Assembly: GCA_040901675.1 (NCBI GenBank) | Contig: JBBDYJ010000015.1 | Coordinates: forward strand, 32,001-96,000 | Direction of reading: 5' to 3' | From: Pirellulales bacterium | GTDB taxonomy: Bacteria > Planctomycetota > Planctomycetia > Pirellulales > JAICIG01 | DNA: 64,000 bases | Shown: positions 40,584-50,919 of the stretch, piece after piece | How the letters are laid out: every line of letters starts with the position of its first letter | Numbering within the stretch: position 1 is the first letter of the stretch | Translations under genes and position numbers: made by a program | Notes under the pieces: generated by a model | Told to the model about the DNA's origin: nothing | What the model saw: only the letters and a program-made list of their open reading frames with translations | Database searches by the model: none

Positions 40584-42149
40584 TCACCGCCGGCAGGCGA
40601 TCGCGGCCAGCGTTGCCAAGAGAGCGACGCAGATCCACGAAAACAGGTCGCCGACGCGGGCGTACGGCGTGACGACACCGCGCACCGGCACGTGCGAGAC
40701 AAGCACGCGCTGCCCGTCGGGCGTGGTGAAATGGTCCATCGATGAAAGCACCCGCCCCTGGTAGTCGACCGCCATCGAACGGCCGTCGCTGGTGTGTCGA
40801 ATGACCGAAGCGCCCAGTTCCACTGCCCGGGCGGCCGTGACGTACGTGGGCCATGGATCCACCGCCTTCCAATCGTTCGACGGAGACAGGATCAAGTCCG
40901 CCCCCTGCTCCCCGGCCTGCCGGACGAACCAGGGGAAGTGCATGTCGAAGCAGATCGCCCCCGCCACGAGGCCATGGCGCGTCGGCACCACCGGCAGACG
41001 GTAGTCGTGGGGCTCGATGATACTCGACTCGGCCTCCCAGCCCGGCACCGGAAGCTGCTTGGCGTAGTTGAACAACACCCCGCCATCCGGACCGACGAAG
41101 ACGAACCGGTTCTCGAAGTTCGGCGGCGGGTCCCTGCGGTGCTGCACCGAGAGACCCATTCCAAGATAGATATCCGCCTGGCGGGCGACCTGGCGGCCTT
41201 GATCGATCAGCCGCTCGACGTCCTCGGCGGCTACCGTAGCGTGGGCCTCAGGCCAAAAAACGATGCGCGCACCGGCCGCCGCCTCGCGGCGAGTTTGCTC
41301 AAACAGGTGCGCGTGCAGCGGCCCGCAGGCCTCGCAGAGCGCGGTCCACTTCTCCTCGGCAAGCTGTTCGCGGTTGGGAGCCTGGATGGCGCCGGCCTGC
41401 TTGAGCAGCTCGTCCGAGGCGGTAATCGAGGCCACGCGCACCGTGGCGGCCTCGGGCGGGAACAACGTCAGCCGAGCCTGACCGGCCAACAGTACCAGCG
41501 TCAGCACGGCCGCGCAGCCGCCGAGCGCCGCGCGGACCCGGCGTTCGCTCAGACCTTCTTGCCAGGCATAGTTGGCGACCGAGGCGAACCAACCGATCAA
41601 GAAGGCAATGCCCGGCGTGCCGGTGATTGCCAGCACCTGCCAGAGCGCGAGGTTGCCGAACTGCGTGTAGGCCATGCCTCCCCAGCTCCCATAGGGAGAC
41701 ACATGGATGGCGGCCAACTCCAGGGCCGCCCAGGCCGAGGGGAGCACCAGCGTGGCCTTGAATCCCGCCAGCCGCGGCGCCACCAGGCGGTCGACAACGT
41801 AGATGCTGAACAGACCCTGCGCCAGCAAGGCAATGACTGCCACGTAGAGCCACCCGCCCAGCGGCGCCACGCCCTGCCAGATGACCAGGGCCGCCCCGGT
41901 GAACACGGCGTCGCCCGCCAGCAAGCCGGCCAGCGGCCGGCTGGTGCGCAGGAAGCGGACCAGCAGCAACGGGGCCAGCCAGGCAGCCAGCGGCAGGGCA
42001 AAACGGCCGTTGGCGAACAGGAGCAAAACGCCCGCCGCGGCCAGGCAGGCAGCCGATCGAGTCCAACGCCGTCCATCACCGATCGTCTCGGTTTTGGCAC
42101 GAGCCAGCCGCCGCTCTGGCCGTGGAGGGGAAACGGTGATCTGGCTCAT
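40584..42149 (-). CDS. Apolipoprotein N-acyltransferase-like membrane nitrilase (carbon-nitrogen hydrolase)
   Basis: Multiple TM helices; WPE, YAKQLPVP and AICFD give the E-K-C triad. Confidence 0.85.
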   Translation of the reverse strand: MSQITVSPPRPERRLARAKTETIGDGRRWTRSAACLAAAGVLLLFANGRFALPLAAWLAPLLLVRFLRTSRPLAGLLAGDAVFTGAALVIWQGVAPLGGWLYVAVIALLAQGLFSIYVVDRLVAPRLAGFKATLVLPSAWAALELAAIHVSPYGSWGGMAYTQFGNLALWQVLAITGTPGIAFLIGWFASVANYAWQEGLSERRVRAALGGCAAVLTLVLLAGQARLTLFPPEAATVRVASITASDELLKQAGAIQAPNREQLAEEKWTALCEACGPLHAHLFEQTRREAAAGARIVFWPEAHATVAAEDVERLIDQGRQVARQADIYLGMGLSVQHRRDPPPNFENRFVFVGPDGGVLFNYAKQLPVPGWEAESSIIEPHDYRLPVVPTRHGLVAGAICFDMHFPWFVRQAGEQGADLILSPSNDWKAVDPWPTYVTAARAVELGASVIRHTSDGRSMAVDYQGRVLSSMDHFTTPDGQRVLVSHVPVRGVVTPYARVGDLFSWICVALLATLAAIACRR

Positions 42150-42360
42150 GGCGATTCCTTTAGCTAAAGCCGGACGAATGGCGAGCTCGCCGCACGTGCA
42201 GCAGGACCAAGAACGGGCGAGAGCGGGCTGGTCATTAGCCGCAAGTATCCGGTGTTTCCCAGCCGGCCGCAACCCGGCTTCCGTGGGGAGAGCCCGCCGC
42301 CGATCGCCCGACTGCTAGCGAGAAGCAGTGATTCCTTGACGGGTTGAGTACACTGCTACC

Positions 42361-42810
42361 ATGACGCCACACGAAGCACGCGATTGGGTGCGCGATCAGG
42401 GAATCGTTCTGGAGAGCGCTCGCGGCGCGGTGCCGAGCCTGGCCCAGCGTGTGGCCGGCGGCCCGATTCGCGGAAGCTGGTGGGGGCACCCGAAGGGGCA
42501 TGTGATCTTTGAGCTCACGCGGGCGCTTCGAGAGGATCCGGACGTGCTGGTTTGCCGGCTGATCGACGGCAAAATCACTTACGTGCACCGCCGCCTCTGG
42601 CCGGCGCTGGCCCGCCTGGCCGACACGCTCGGCGCCGAGCGGCTCAAGGTCGTTCGCGAAGTACACACGCCGCGGGGAACGCACCAGGTCGAAGAGATCC
42701 CGTTTCACCAATGGGCCAGTGAAGAAGTCCGGCGAATGGCCGCCGAGCTCTCGCTCCAAGATGCACAGGCCATGCTGCGGCAGGCACAGCCGGCGGCTTT
42801 TCCAGAGTGA
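42361..42810 (+). CDS. Conserved hypothetical protein (GSWWGHP..G..IF motif)
   Basis: Clean ORF with RLIDGKITYVHRRLWPAL; function unknown. Confidence 0.7.
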   Translation: MTPHEARDWVRDQGIVLESARGAVPSLAQRVAGGPIRGSWWGHPKGHVIFELTRALREDPDVLVCRLIDGKITYVHRRLWPALARLADTLGAERLKVVREVHTPRGTHQVEEIPFHQWASEEVRRMAAELSLQDAQAMLRQAQPAAFPE

Positions 42811-42897
42811 CACGCCAAGGACAGACGGCCAAGGTCTCCTGCAGCACCACGAGAGTCGGCTCAATTGCCGCGGATGTAGCGCGCGAATGATCGCGCC

Positions 42898-43143
42898 TCA
42901 GCGGCTTTCAGATAAGAATTCACTCACAGCAGCAGCGAACATCTCAGGCTGGTCGCTGAAGGGGCCATGCCCGCCGCGTGTTCCACCGTTCTTGATTACG
43001 TGGAGCCGGCCGGCGGGAAGGCAATCTGCATACATGCGGCTTACGCGTTCGGGGATCACGTCGTCCTCACCGTGGATGATCAAAGCCGGCGCTTGCACCC
43101 GGCGTAAAGCCTGTCGATAGTCGTGGCGCTTTCCCATGCTGAA
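42898..43143 (-). pseudogene. C-terminal fragment of an alpha/beta hydrolase
   Basis: APALIIHGEDDVIP (catalytic Asp) and GHGPFSDQPE (catalytic His); the nucleophile region is missing. Confidence 0.7.
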
Positions 43144-43169
43144 GTGCCGCTGGATAAGACCTCTTGCCG

Positions 43170-43205
43170 ACTATATACTTGATATGTATACTAGGTATAT
43201 ACAAG
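43170..43205. promoter_or_regulatory. AT-rich palindromic site, candidate PadR operator/promoter
   Basis: TATATAC..GTATACTAGGTATATAC upstream of the cytochrome-padR-ABC operon. Confidence 0.5.
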
Positions 43206-43244
43206 CGGGGCGGTTGAGAAGGTGCTTTGCGGAGGGTGCCCAAC

Positions 43245-44621
43245 GTGAGCCGCGTTTGTTTGCCCAACGGTTGGATGGCCGTGCTCGTGGCCGTTGTCTT
43301 CTCCCACAACGCGGCCCGAGCGTCGCAGCCGGATCCCAATGCTGCGGTCGATCGCGGGCGGCGAGCCGTGCGGACGACGCTCAGCCCGCTGGCCGTATCA
43401 ACGCGGGCCTACGAGGACGCCTGGAAACAATGGGGCTTGGGAGAACGTCCGGCCGACTACGAGCTCGCCTTCCGATCCCGTTACGGCCTTCACGAAGTGC
43501 CTTACGAGAACGGCGCGTTGCCGACAGGCCTCCACGAGATTCCAGGGCCGTTTGGAATTGGAAGGGCAATCGCGCACGACTGCTTGCTGTGTCATGCAGG
43601 TTCGATAGCCGGCCAAACGCTGATTGGCCTGGGCAATGCCTCGCTCGACTTTCAGTCGCTTTATGAAGACTTGTCGGCCGGCGATCTCGTTTCCTGGAAG
43701 CTGCCGTTCAACCTGAGCAACGGCCGCGGGATCATCGAGGCCAGTGCAGGAACAACGTTCCTGCTTCAGTTTCGCGACGCCGAGCTGAACATGCAGCCGG
43801 CGATCGAACTCCATTACCGAGACGATTTGTACCAGGACATTCCTGCCTGGTGGCATTTGAAGCGCAAGAAAACGATGTTCCATACCGGCTCGACCGACGT
43901 GAGGTCGGTTCGAGCCAACCTCACGTTCTTGCTGGCGCCGGTGAACTCGGCCGGCTATATCAAGAAACACGAGCCCGTGGTCGCCGACATCAAGGCCTAT
44001 TTGTTGACCATCGAGCCGCCCAAGTATCCATTTCCCATCGACCAGTCGCTGGCGGCAAGCGGAGAGAGGGTGTTTGGAAAGCACTGCGCGAAATGCCACG
44101 GCACGTATGGGCCCGACGGCGTTTATCCAAACAAGGTTGTTCCCATTGAGCTCGTCGGGACGGATCCAACCTTGGTGAATTGGGTTGCCGGGCTGTCCGA
44201 GAAGGACAAGGACTATTACAGCAAGAGCTGGTTGTTCCGGGAAACGGGCGCCGATGGCGAGCCATATCATGGGCTCAACGGCGGCGGCTACCAGGCGCCG
44301 CCGCTGGACGGCGTGTGGGCGACGGGGCCGTACTTTCACAACGGCTCCGTGCCGACCGTCTACCATGTGTTGAACTCGGAGTCGCGGCCCGCGGTCTACA
44401 CCCGATCGTTCGCCACGGGTCCCGACGAATACGACCAGGACAGGCTCGGCTGGAAGATCACGGTGCTGGACCAGGCGCCCAGCGCAGGCCTGCCGGCCTT
44501 CGAGCGCCGCAAGATCTGCGACGCCACGCGGCCGGGCCGTTCCAACCGCGGACACACCTTCGGCGACGCGCTGGCGGAGCACGAGCGGATGGCCGTCATC
44601 GAGTACCTGAAGACGCTGTAA
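43245..44621 (+). CDS. Exported diheme c-type cytochrome (RoxA/cytochrome c peroxidase-like)
   Basis: Signal peptide; CLLCH and CAKCH; YQAPPLDGVWATGPYFHNGSVPT; SNRGH..IEYLKTL. Confidence 0.85.
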   Translation: MSRVCLPNGWMAVLVAVVFSHNAARASQPDPNAAVDRGRRAVRTTLSPLAVSTRAYEDAWKQWGLGERPADYELAFRSRYGLHEVPYENGALPTGLHEIPGPFGIGRAIAHDCLLCHAGSIAGQTLIGLGNASLDFQSLYEDLSAGDLVSWKLPFNLSNGRGIIEASAGTTFLLQFRDAELNMQPAIELHYRDDLYQDIPAWWHLKRKKTMFHTGSTDVRSVRANLTFLLAPVNSAGYIKKHEPVVADIKAYLLTIEPPKYPFPIDQSLAASGERVFGKHCAKCHGTYGPDGVYPNKVVPIELVGTDPTLVNWVAGLSEKDKDYYSKSWLFRETGADGEPYHGLNGGGYQAPPLDGVWATGPYFHNGSVPTVYHVLNSESRPAVYTRSFATGPDEYDQDRLGWKITVLDQAPSAGLPAFERRKICDATRPGRSNRGHTFGDALAEHERMAVIEYLKTL

Positions 44622-44677
44622 GAGGGGCTTTCTTGCGGTCCGCCGTTGCACGGCGCATCGCGGAAAGGAGCACGAAG

Positions 44678-45211
44678 CTGTCATTCAAGCATGCACTGCT
44701 GGGGCTGCTGGCGGAGGGCCCGCTCCATGGATACGAATTGAAGACCGCTTACGAAACCCAACTGGTTCCGGCGGGCAATCTCAATTTCGGGCAAGTCTAT
44801 ACCACCCTGGAGCGACTGAACCGCGACGGCCTGGTAAGCTTCGAAAAGGTCAACCAGGCCGAGCGGCCCGACAAGAAGGTCTACAAGCTGACGGCGCATG
44901 GCCGCCGGGAGCTCAAGGATTGGCTCACGCGGCCTTCGACGATCGAGCTGGACCAGCGCAACTCCACGTTCCTGAAGTTGATGCTGGCCCGGCGGCTGGG
45001 CGGTGTTGACTTGATGGGAGTGTTGGCCGCGGAAAGGCGGGCCTGCTTCGAGCGCCTGCACGAAGTCACGCGAGCCAAAGCGCAAGCCCAGCAGGCCGGC
45101 GCGCCGCTCCAGAGCGTACTGCTGCTGGACCTGGCGGTGCTCACGTTGGAGGCCTTCTTGAAGTGGCTCGACCGTTGTGAGGCGGCATTAAAGCAGGAGA
45201 CCAACAAGTGA
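44678..45211 (+). CDS. PadR family transcriptional regulator (apparent CTG start)
   Basis: KHALLGLL..HGYELK, GQVYTTLERL, KKVYKLT; SD AAAGGAG 7 nt before CTG. Confidence 0.88.
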   Translation: MSFKHALLGLLAEGPLHGYELKTAYETQLVPAGNLNFGQVYTTLERLNRDGLVSFEKVNQAERPDKKVYKLTAHGRRELKDWLTRPSTIELDQRNSTFLKLMLARRLGGVDLMGVLAAERRACFERLHEVTRAKAQAQQAGAPLQSVLLLDLAVLTLEAFLKWLDRCEAALKQETNK

Positions 45212-45954
45212 ACGACGGCATGCATACCGTGGACGTGCGGGGGCTGACCAAGGTCTTCGGGGCGGGCGAGGGAGCCGTCGAGGCCCTGCGCGGGGTCGAC
45301 CTGCAAGTGGCACGGGGCGAGTTCGTCGCCGTGATGGGGCCTTCCGGCTCCGGAAAGAGCACGCTTCTGTATCTGATCGGGGCGCTAGACACGCCCACTG
45401 CCGGCACGGTGTGCATCGACGGCGTCGACCTGTCGAGAATGGACGACAACGGCCTCGCCTTGCTCAGGCGACAGCGGATCGGTTTCATTTTCCAGGCCTT
45501 CAACCTGTTGGACGTGCTCACGGCCGAAGAAAACGTCTCGTTGCCGCTGGTGATCGACGGAGTGTCCGAGGTGGAGGCGGGCCGGCGGGCCGCGGAATCA
45601 TTGGGCCTGGTGGGCATGTCCGGCCGGCGGCACCACTTGCCCGGCCAGCTTTCCGGCGGCGAACAACAGCGGTTGGCGATCGCCAGGGCCCTGGTTACCA
45701 GGCCGCTATTGCTGCTGGCCGACGAGCCAACCGGGAACCTCGACAGCGCCAACAGCGACCAGATCATGCGGCTGTTGTGCAGCCTCGCCGAAGAGCACGG
45801 GCAGACGATCTTGATGGTGACGCACGACGCACGCTGGGCCGCGGCGGCAAATCGCGTGATCCGTTTGCGGGATGGCAGGGTCGCCGACGAGCAGACGCTG
45901 CCCGCCGCGCGGGCCTATCCCCAGGTCGTTCGAGAGCTGGAATCCCAGTTATGA
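45208..45954 (+). CDS. ABC transporter ATP-binding protein (LolD/MacB-like)
   Basis: GPSGSGKS, LSGGEQQR, LLADEPTGNLD. Confidence 0.95.
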   Translation: MNDGMHTVDVRGLTKVFGAGEGAVEALRGVDLQVARGEFVAVMGPSGSGKSTLLYLIGALDTPTAGTVCIDGVDLSRMDDNGLALLRRQRIGFIFQAFNLLDVLTAEENVSLPLVIDGVSEVEAGRRAAESLGLVGMSGRRHHLPGQLSGGEQQRLAIARALVTRPLLLLADEPTGNLDSANSDQIMRLLCSLAEEHGQTILMVTHDARWAAAANRVIRLRDGRVADEQTLPAARAYPQVVRELESQL

Positions 45955-48494
45955 GCCCGTCGCGGTTGCCGACTCTGTGGCGCTACTCGTTGCGGCAGAC
46001 CCAACGGCGGCCGGCCCGGGCGGTGCTCACGCTGCTGGGCATCGTGATCGGAGTGGCCACGATCGTGGCCGTGTCCGTCACGACGCAGGCGGCGCGGCGC
46101 GCCTACCGTGAGATGTTCGAGGCGCTGACCGGCCGGGCCTCCCTCGAGGTGGTCGCCGAGGCGATGGCTGGGTTCGAGGCGGAACAGGCCCAGGAGCTGA
46201 TGTCGCTGCCGCTTGTCATGGCCGCGGTTCCCCTCATCCAAAAACCTGCAGCTCTGGTGACGTCATCCGGCCCGATCCCGGTGACTGTCTTGGGGATCGA
46301 TGCGGATCGGGACCGTGCGGCGCGCGACTACGAGCTGGAGCAGGGCCACTTCATCGGCGAAGAGCCGGGCGTGCTGCTGGGGCATGAGTTCGCTTCAACA
46401 CATGGAATTGCGTTGGGCGCGACGGTTCGGCTGCTGACTATCAGCGGGCTGGTCGAGGCGCCTGTGGTCGGGCTGTTGCAGTCGTCGGGCGCGGCACGAT
46501 TCCACGGTGGAGCGGTCGTGTTCATGGCGCTTTCACAAGCGCAGCGCCATTTCGACCTCGCCGGAAAAGTGAACAGCGTGCAGCTCGTGCTGGCCGACGG
46601 CGCCGAGATCGGTCAGGCGGAGGCGGCAATCCGCAAGCGGCTGAACGTCGGGCAAACGGTCCGCGTTCCATCCGATCGCGGGCAGCTTGCCCAGGATTCT
46701 TTGCTCAACATCGAGCAGATCCTGGCGGTCCTCAGCGTGGTGTCGATGGTGGCCGGCGCGTTTGTCATTCTGAACGCGTTTCAGATGAACCTGGCAGAGC
46801 GCCGCCGACAGTTTGCCATCCTGCGCGCCTTGGGCGCCACTCGGCTGCAAGTCACAAGTTTGCTGCTGCGAGAGGCGGCCGCCTATGGCGTCGCGGGCAC
46901 AGCACTGGGCATCGCGGCCGGCATGGCCATCTCCTTGTCGTTGACTGGCGGCATGGAGCGGCTGCTGGGCACCGCCGTGCCGAGTCCGGCCTTGACCCTG
47001 GAGCCACTGGCGTTGGCCATTCTGCTCGGCCCTGCCATGACCCTTTTGGCGACCTTCGGCCCGGCGCGCCGCGCTGGACGCCGCGCGCCGATCGACGATC
47101 TGCTCGGCAAGACGCCGCCCGCCGGGACGAAGATGCCGCGGCGTTGGGCGGCGGCCGGCCTGGTTCTGATCACCGCCTGTGGGCTCATCGACATGGCCTT
47201 TATTCGCGGCTGGTTGACGCCCGCTCTGGGGCGGCTGCTGCTGCCGGCGGCCATGGTGCTGGGGCTCGCCGGCAGCGTGCTGGCCCTGGGCGTTGTCCTC
47301 GGGCCGTTAATGCGATTGGTCGGCGCAATTCTGGGGCCGCTGTTCGGGATCGAGGGAAGACTCGCCGTTCGCCAGTTGCGCCGCCATGCTTCGCGGACCG
47401 CCTTGACCGTCGGGGCCCTGATGGTCGCCATCGTGATCACGATCGGGCCGGGCAACGAGATCCGAAGCGCGCTTGACAATCTGCACGCCTGGTTCGACAA
47501 CGTGGCGGGGGCGAACTTCCACGTCCTGGGCGCGGATACCGATCTTGGGTTCTCATTGAATATCGTCTCGCTGCCGGAGTCGCTGGGCGACGAGCTGGCC
47601 CAACTCGACGGCGTCGAGCGAGTCGATCGAGGCAACTGGTTTCCGGTTCGCGCCGGCGGCCGGCAGGCGCTGCTGATCGCCGCCACGTACAGCCCCGACC
47701 GGCCGGAGCAGCTCAATCCCGCCAAGGGGAATCCGCCCGGCGTCATGGAGCGGCTGGCACTGGGCGAAGTCGTCATCGGCACAGCGCTTGCCCAGTCGCT
47801 CCAGCTCGACGTGGGAGACGAGCTCGAGTTGGCAACCTCGAAGGGCCCTAGAAAGCTGCGAGTGGCCGGCAAGTGCAATCAGTACCATGCCGGCGGCATG
47901 ACCGTTCATATGCAGCGGGAGGCGGCAGGGAAATGGTTCGATCTCGAGGGAGCCCACGTGTTTTCGATCACGGCCGATAAAGACAAGGCATCAACGTTGG
48001 CATCCGAGCTCAAGGCGTTTTGCCGGCAGCGCGGCCTGCTGCTGCACTCGCGCGAGCAATTGCGGCGGAATATGGACCGGCGAAGCGCCGGCACGATCGG
48101 TTTCCTCTGGGTCTTGATGGCGCTGGTGTTCGTGGTCGCGTCGCTGGGCATCGCGAATACACTGACCATGAACGTGCTGGAGCAAACTCGCGAGTTGGGC
48201 TTGCTCCGCGCGATCGGCATGCGGCGGAACCAGGTGCGCAAGATGGTCCTGGCCCAGGCTTCGGCGATTGCCCTGGCCAGTGCGATTCCAGGCGTCGTGC
48301 TGGGCATTGTTCTCGCCTACATGATGAACTTGCCGGCCGAGTGGCTGACCGGTCATCGGCCGCCGTTTGAGATCCACCTCTGGCTTCTTGCCGCCGCCCT
48401 GGCCGTCACGCTGTGCGTGGCGGTCGTTGCAGCCATCATCCCGGCCGATCGCGCCGCTCGCCTGCGAATCGTTCCCGCGCTGCACTATGAATAG
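45951..48494 (+). CDS. ABC transporter permease (FtsX/MacB-like, duplicated)
   Basis: ERRRQFAILRALGA and EQTRELGLLRAIGM FtsX-domain motifs. Confidence 0.92.
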   Translation: MSPSRLPTLWRYSLRQTQRRPARAVLTLLGIVIGVATIVAVSVTTQAARRAYREMFEALTGRASLEVVAEAMAGFEAEQAQELMSLPLVMAAVPLIQKPAALVTSSGPIPVTVLGIDADRDRAARDYELEQGHFIGEEPGVLLGHEFASTHGIALGATVRLLTISGLVEAPVVGLLQSSGAARFHGGAVVFMALSQAQRHFDLAGKVNSVQLVLADGAEIGQAEAAIRKRLNVGQTVRVPSDRGQLAQDSLLNIEQILAVLSVVSMVAGAFVILNAFQMNLAERRRQFAILRALGATRLQVTSLLLREAAAYGVAGTALGIAAGMAISLSLTGGMERLLGTAVPSPALTLEPLALAILLGPAMTLLATFGPARRAGRRAPIDDLLGKTPPAGTKMPRRWAAAGLVLITACGLIDMAFIRGWLTPALGRLLLPAAMVLGLAGSVLALGVVLGPLMRLVGAILGPLFGIEGRLAVRQLRRHASRTALTVGALMVAIVITIGPGNEIRSALDNLHAWFDNVAGANFHVLGADTDLGFSLNIVSLPESLGDELAQLDGVERVDRGNWFPVRAGGRQALLIAATYSPDRPEQLNPAKGNPPGVMERLALGEVVIGTALAQSLQLDVGDELELATSKGPRKLRVAGKCNQYHAGGMTVHMQREAAGKWFDLEGAHVFSITADKDKASTLASELKAFCRQRGLLLHSREQLRRNMDRRSAGTIGFLWVLMALVFVVASLGIANTLTMNVLEQTRELGLLRAIGMRRNQVRKMVLAQASAIALASAIPGVVLGIVLAYMMNLPAEWLTGHRPPFEIHLWLLAAALAVTLCVAVVAAIIPADRAARLRIVPALHYE

Positions 48495-48545
48495 CGGCCG
48501 CAGTTTTCTTGACACTTCCGCCCGCCAAGGGGTAAGGTGACGGCC

Positions 48546-50021
48546 ATGAAAGCCGGACGCTTGAACCAGCACGTTGCCAACCAGCACAGTGCCGATCCGG
48601 CGATCAGCCGCCGCAGGCTGCTGGCCCTGGGCTCGGCCGGCTGCCTGGGCATGAGCCTGCCCCTGTTGTTCCGGGCCAGGGCGGCCCAGGCCGAGTCGCC
48701 CGCGGGGCCGCCCGCCGCTCGAATCAAATCGTGCATCGTCATTTTCTATTATGGCGGCCCCAGCCAGCTCGAAACCTACGACCTGAAGCCCGACGCGCCG
48801 GCCGAGATTCGCGGCGCGTTCAAGGGCATCTCCACCAGCGTGCCAGGCTTGGCCATCTCGGAGCACCTGCCGAACATGGCCCGTGTGATGCACAAGGTGG
48901 CATTGGTGCGCAGCATGCACCACGAGATGCGGCTGCACGACGCGGCCTGCGTACACACGCTCACGGGCCGCCCGCCGGCCCGCGGCGACGGAGAGAACTT
49001 TACGCCTCCCAACGAGTCGGAGTCGTTTCCCTGCCTGGGCGCCGCGTACAGCTATTTGAATCGCCAGCGGCGGCTGCCCGTGGCGCACGCGGCCTTGCCG
49101 TTCGTGATTCACAATGTGGTCCCCGTGCCGTGCCAGACGGGTGGCTTCCTGGGAAATGCCTACAATCCGTTCCAGATCAACAGCGACCTGGATACGCTAG
49201 CCTACCGGGCCGATATGCTGGCGCTGCCGGAAGGCCTGACCCTGGACCGCATCGGCCGGCGGGGCGGCCTGCTGCGCTCGATCGATGCCGCCGGGGGCGC
49301 GGCCGCCTCGCAAAGCGCCCTGCTCATGCGGGCGCATTACCAGAAGGCGTTCGACCTGCTGGAGTCGGAGGCCGTGCGGCGGGCGCTCGAAATCGACCTG
49401 GAAGACGAGCGGACCCGCGATCGCTACGGCAGCCCAGTCAACGGGCAGAGCTTCCTGGATGGTCCCACGGGCGCCAACGGCGCGCACCTGGGCATCGGCC
49501 GCAACATGCGGGGCCAAAACCTGCTGGTGGCCCGTCGGCTGGTCGAGGCGGGCGTGCCGTTTGTCAACGTCTACGACTTCAAGCAGCAGGGCAAGAACTG
49601 GGACACGCACACCGACAACTTCAACCAGCACAAGGACCACCTGCTGCCGCAGGCCGACCAGGCCCTGGCGGCCCTGATCGAGGACCTGGACGAGCGGGGC
49701 CTGCTGGACACCACGCTGGTGGTCGCCTTGGGCGAGTTCGGCCGGACGCCGCGGATCAACGAGCAGGCCGGCCGCGACCACTGGCCCGACTGCTACACGG
49801 CCCTGCTGGCCGGCGGCGGCGTGCGGGGCGGCTACGTTCACGGCGCCAGCGACAAGTTCGCCGCCTACCCCAGCCGCGATCCGGTGACGCCCGGCGACCT
49901 GGCCGCCACGATCTTCGACCGCTTCGGCATCGACGCCGCGACCGAGATCCGCGACATCGGCGGCCGCCCCTTCCACGTAGCCGACGGCCGCGCGGTGCGC
50001 CAGTTGTTCACCGACGCCTAA
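48546..50021 (+). CDS. DUF1501 domain-containing protein with Tat-like signal
   Basis: SRRRLL, GGPSQLETYDLKP, ARRLVEAGV, WDTH, GEFGRTP, GRDHW. TTGACA-N18-TAAGGT promoter ends 7 nt upstream. Confidence 0.92.
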   Translation: MKAGRLNQHVANQHSADPAISRRRLLALGSAGCLGMSLPLLFRARAAQAESPAGPPAARIKSCIVIFYYGGPSQLETYDLKPDAPAEIRGAFKGISTSVPGLAISEHLPNMARVMHKVALVRSMHHEMRLHDAACVHTLTGRPPARGDGENFTPPNESESFPCLGAAYSYLNRQRRLPVAHAALPFVIHNVVPVPCQTGGFLGNAYNPFQINSDLDTLAYRADMLALPEGLTLDRIGRRGGLLRSIDAAGGAAASQSALLMRAHYQKAFDLLESEAVRRALEIDLEDERTRDRYGSPVNGQSFLDGPTGANGAHLGIGRNMRGQNLLVARRLVEAGVPFVNVYDFKQQGKNWDTHTDNFNQHKDHLLPQADQALAALIEDLDERGLLDTTLVVALGEFGRTPRINEQAGRDHWPDCYTALLAGGGVRGGYVHGASDKFAAYPSRDPVTPGDLAATIFDRFGIDAATEIRDIGGRPFHVADGRAVRQLFTDA

Positions 50022-50025
50022 CCGG

Positions 50026-50841
50026 TCAGGCGCGGATGAGTATCTCGCCGCGGCCGAGGGCCACAAAGTCGCCGCTGTAAAGCAGGTATTCGGCCGAGAG
50101 GATCGAGTCGGGGACCGGGTAACCGTGCTTGCGCAGGGCGAGCAGATAGAGGCGCAAAAACTGGGGCCTGGCCCGGCCGGCCAGGCGGAAGGTAGGCAAG
50201 AGCGGCGGCGGATTGTCGCCCAGCAGCGCCAAGGTGCCGCGGCGCATGCCGGCCGCCGGGCGGATGCCGCAGGCGCCAAGCACGAACATGCTGCCGGCGA
50301 TCATGTTCAAACAGGCAAAGTCGCCGGCCGAGCCCCCCACGACGATCAGGCCGCGGCGCATCGTGTGGCCCACCTCGTTGCCCACGTCGCCGCCGATCAG
50401 GATCGTGCCCTTGGTCATGCCGCGGGCGCTGCCCCGATAGGCGGCCCCCACCAGGTGGCCCGCGCTGCCGCGGACGTGGATGAAACCGCCGTGCATTTCG
50501 CCCCCCACCCAATCGCCGGCGTTGCCATCGACGTGGATCTCGCCGCCCGTCATCTCCGAGCCGACGTGGCGGCCCGCGTTGCCGGCCACGCGGATCGAAC
50601 CCTCGGCCATCTTGGCCCCGATCCAGTGGACCCCGGCCAGGTCCCCCTCGAACTCGATGCAACTGTCGGACGGATCGCCGGAGACCTGAAAGAACTCGGC
50701 CAGCGGCAACTGGCGGTTGCCGTGGAACAAGTGGATGCGTTCGATCTCGGCCAGCGGCTTGCCGCGCACGGCCGCCGGCACCAGGCCTTCCACCTCGACC
50801 GGCACGCTTGTCGTGGCCTGGTATCGCAATACGAGCGGCAT
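50026..50841 (-). CDS. fwdC: Formylmethanofuran dehydrogenase / Fhc subunit C
   Basis: GXGXG beta-helix repeats (GAKMAEG, GSEMTGG, GGEMHGG, GHTMRRG), ending GDFVALGRGEIL. Confidence 0.92.
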   Translation of the reverse strand: MPLVLRYQATTSVPVEVEGLVPAAVRGKPLAEIERIHLFHGNRQLPLAEFFQVSGDPSDSCIEFEGDLAGVHWIGAKMAEGSIRVAGNAGRHVGSEMTGGEIHVDGNAGDWVGGEMHGGFIHVRGSAGHLVGAAYRGSARGMTKGTILIGGDVGNEVGHTMRRGLIVVGGSAGDFACLNMIAGSMFVLGACGIRPAAGMRRGTLALLGDNPPPLLPTFRLAGRARPQFLRLYLLALRKHGYPVPDSILSAEYLLYSGDFVALGRGEILIRA

Positions 50842-50919
50842 GCAGCCTCGGACGTCTCTCGGACAAAGTGTAAAGGGCGAGTATAACCAAGGGGCGGGGG
50901 CCCTGACAGGAGGCGGACG

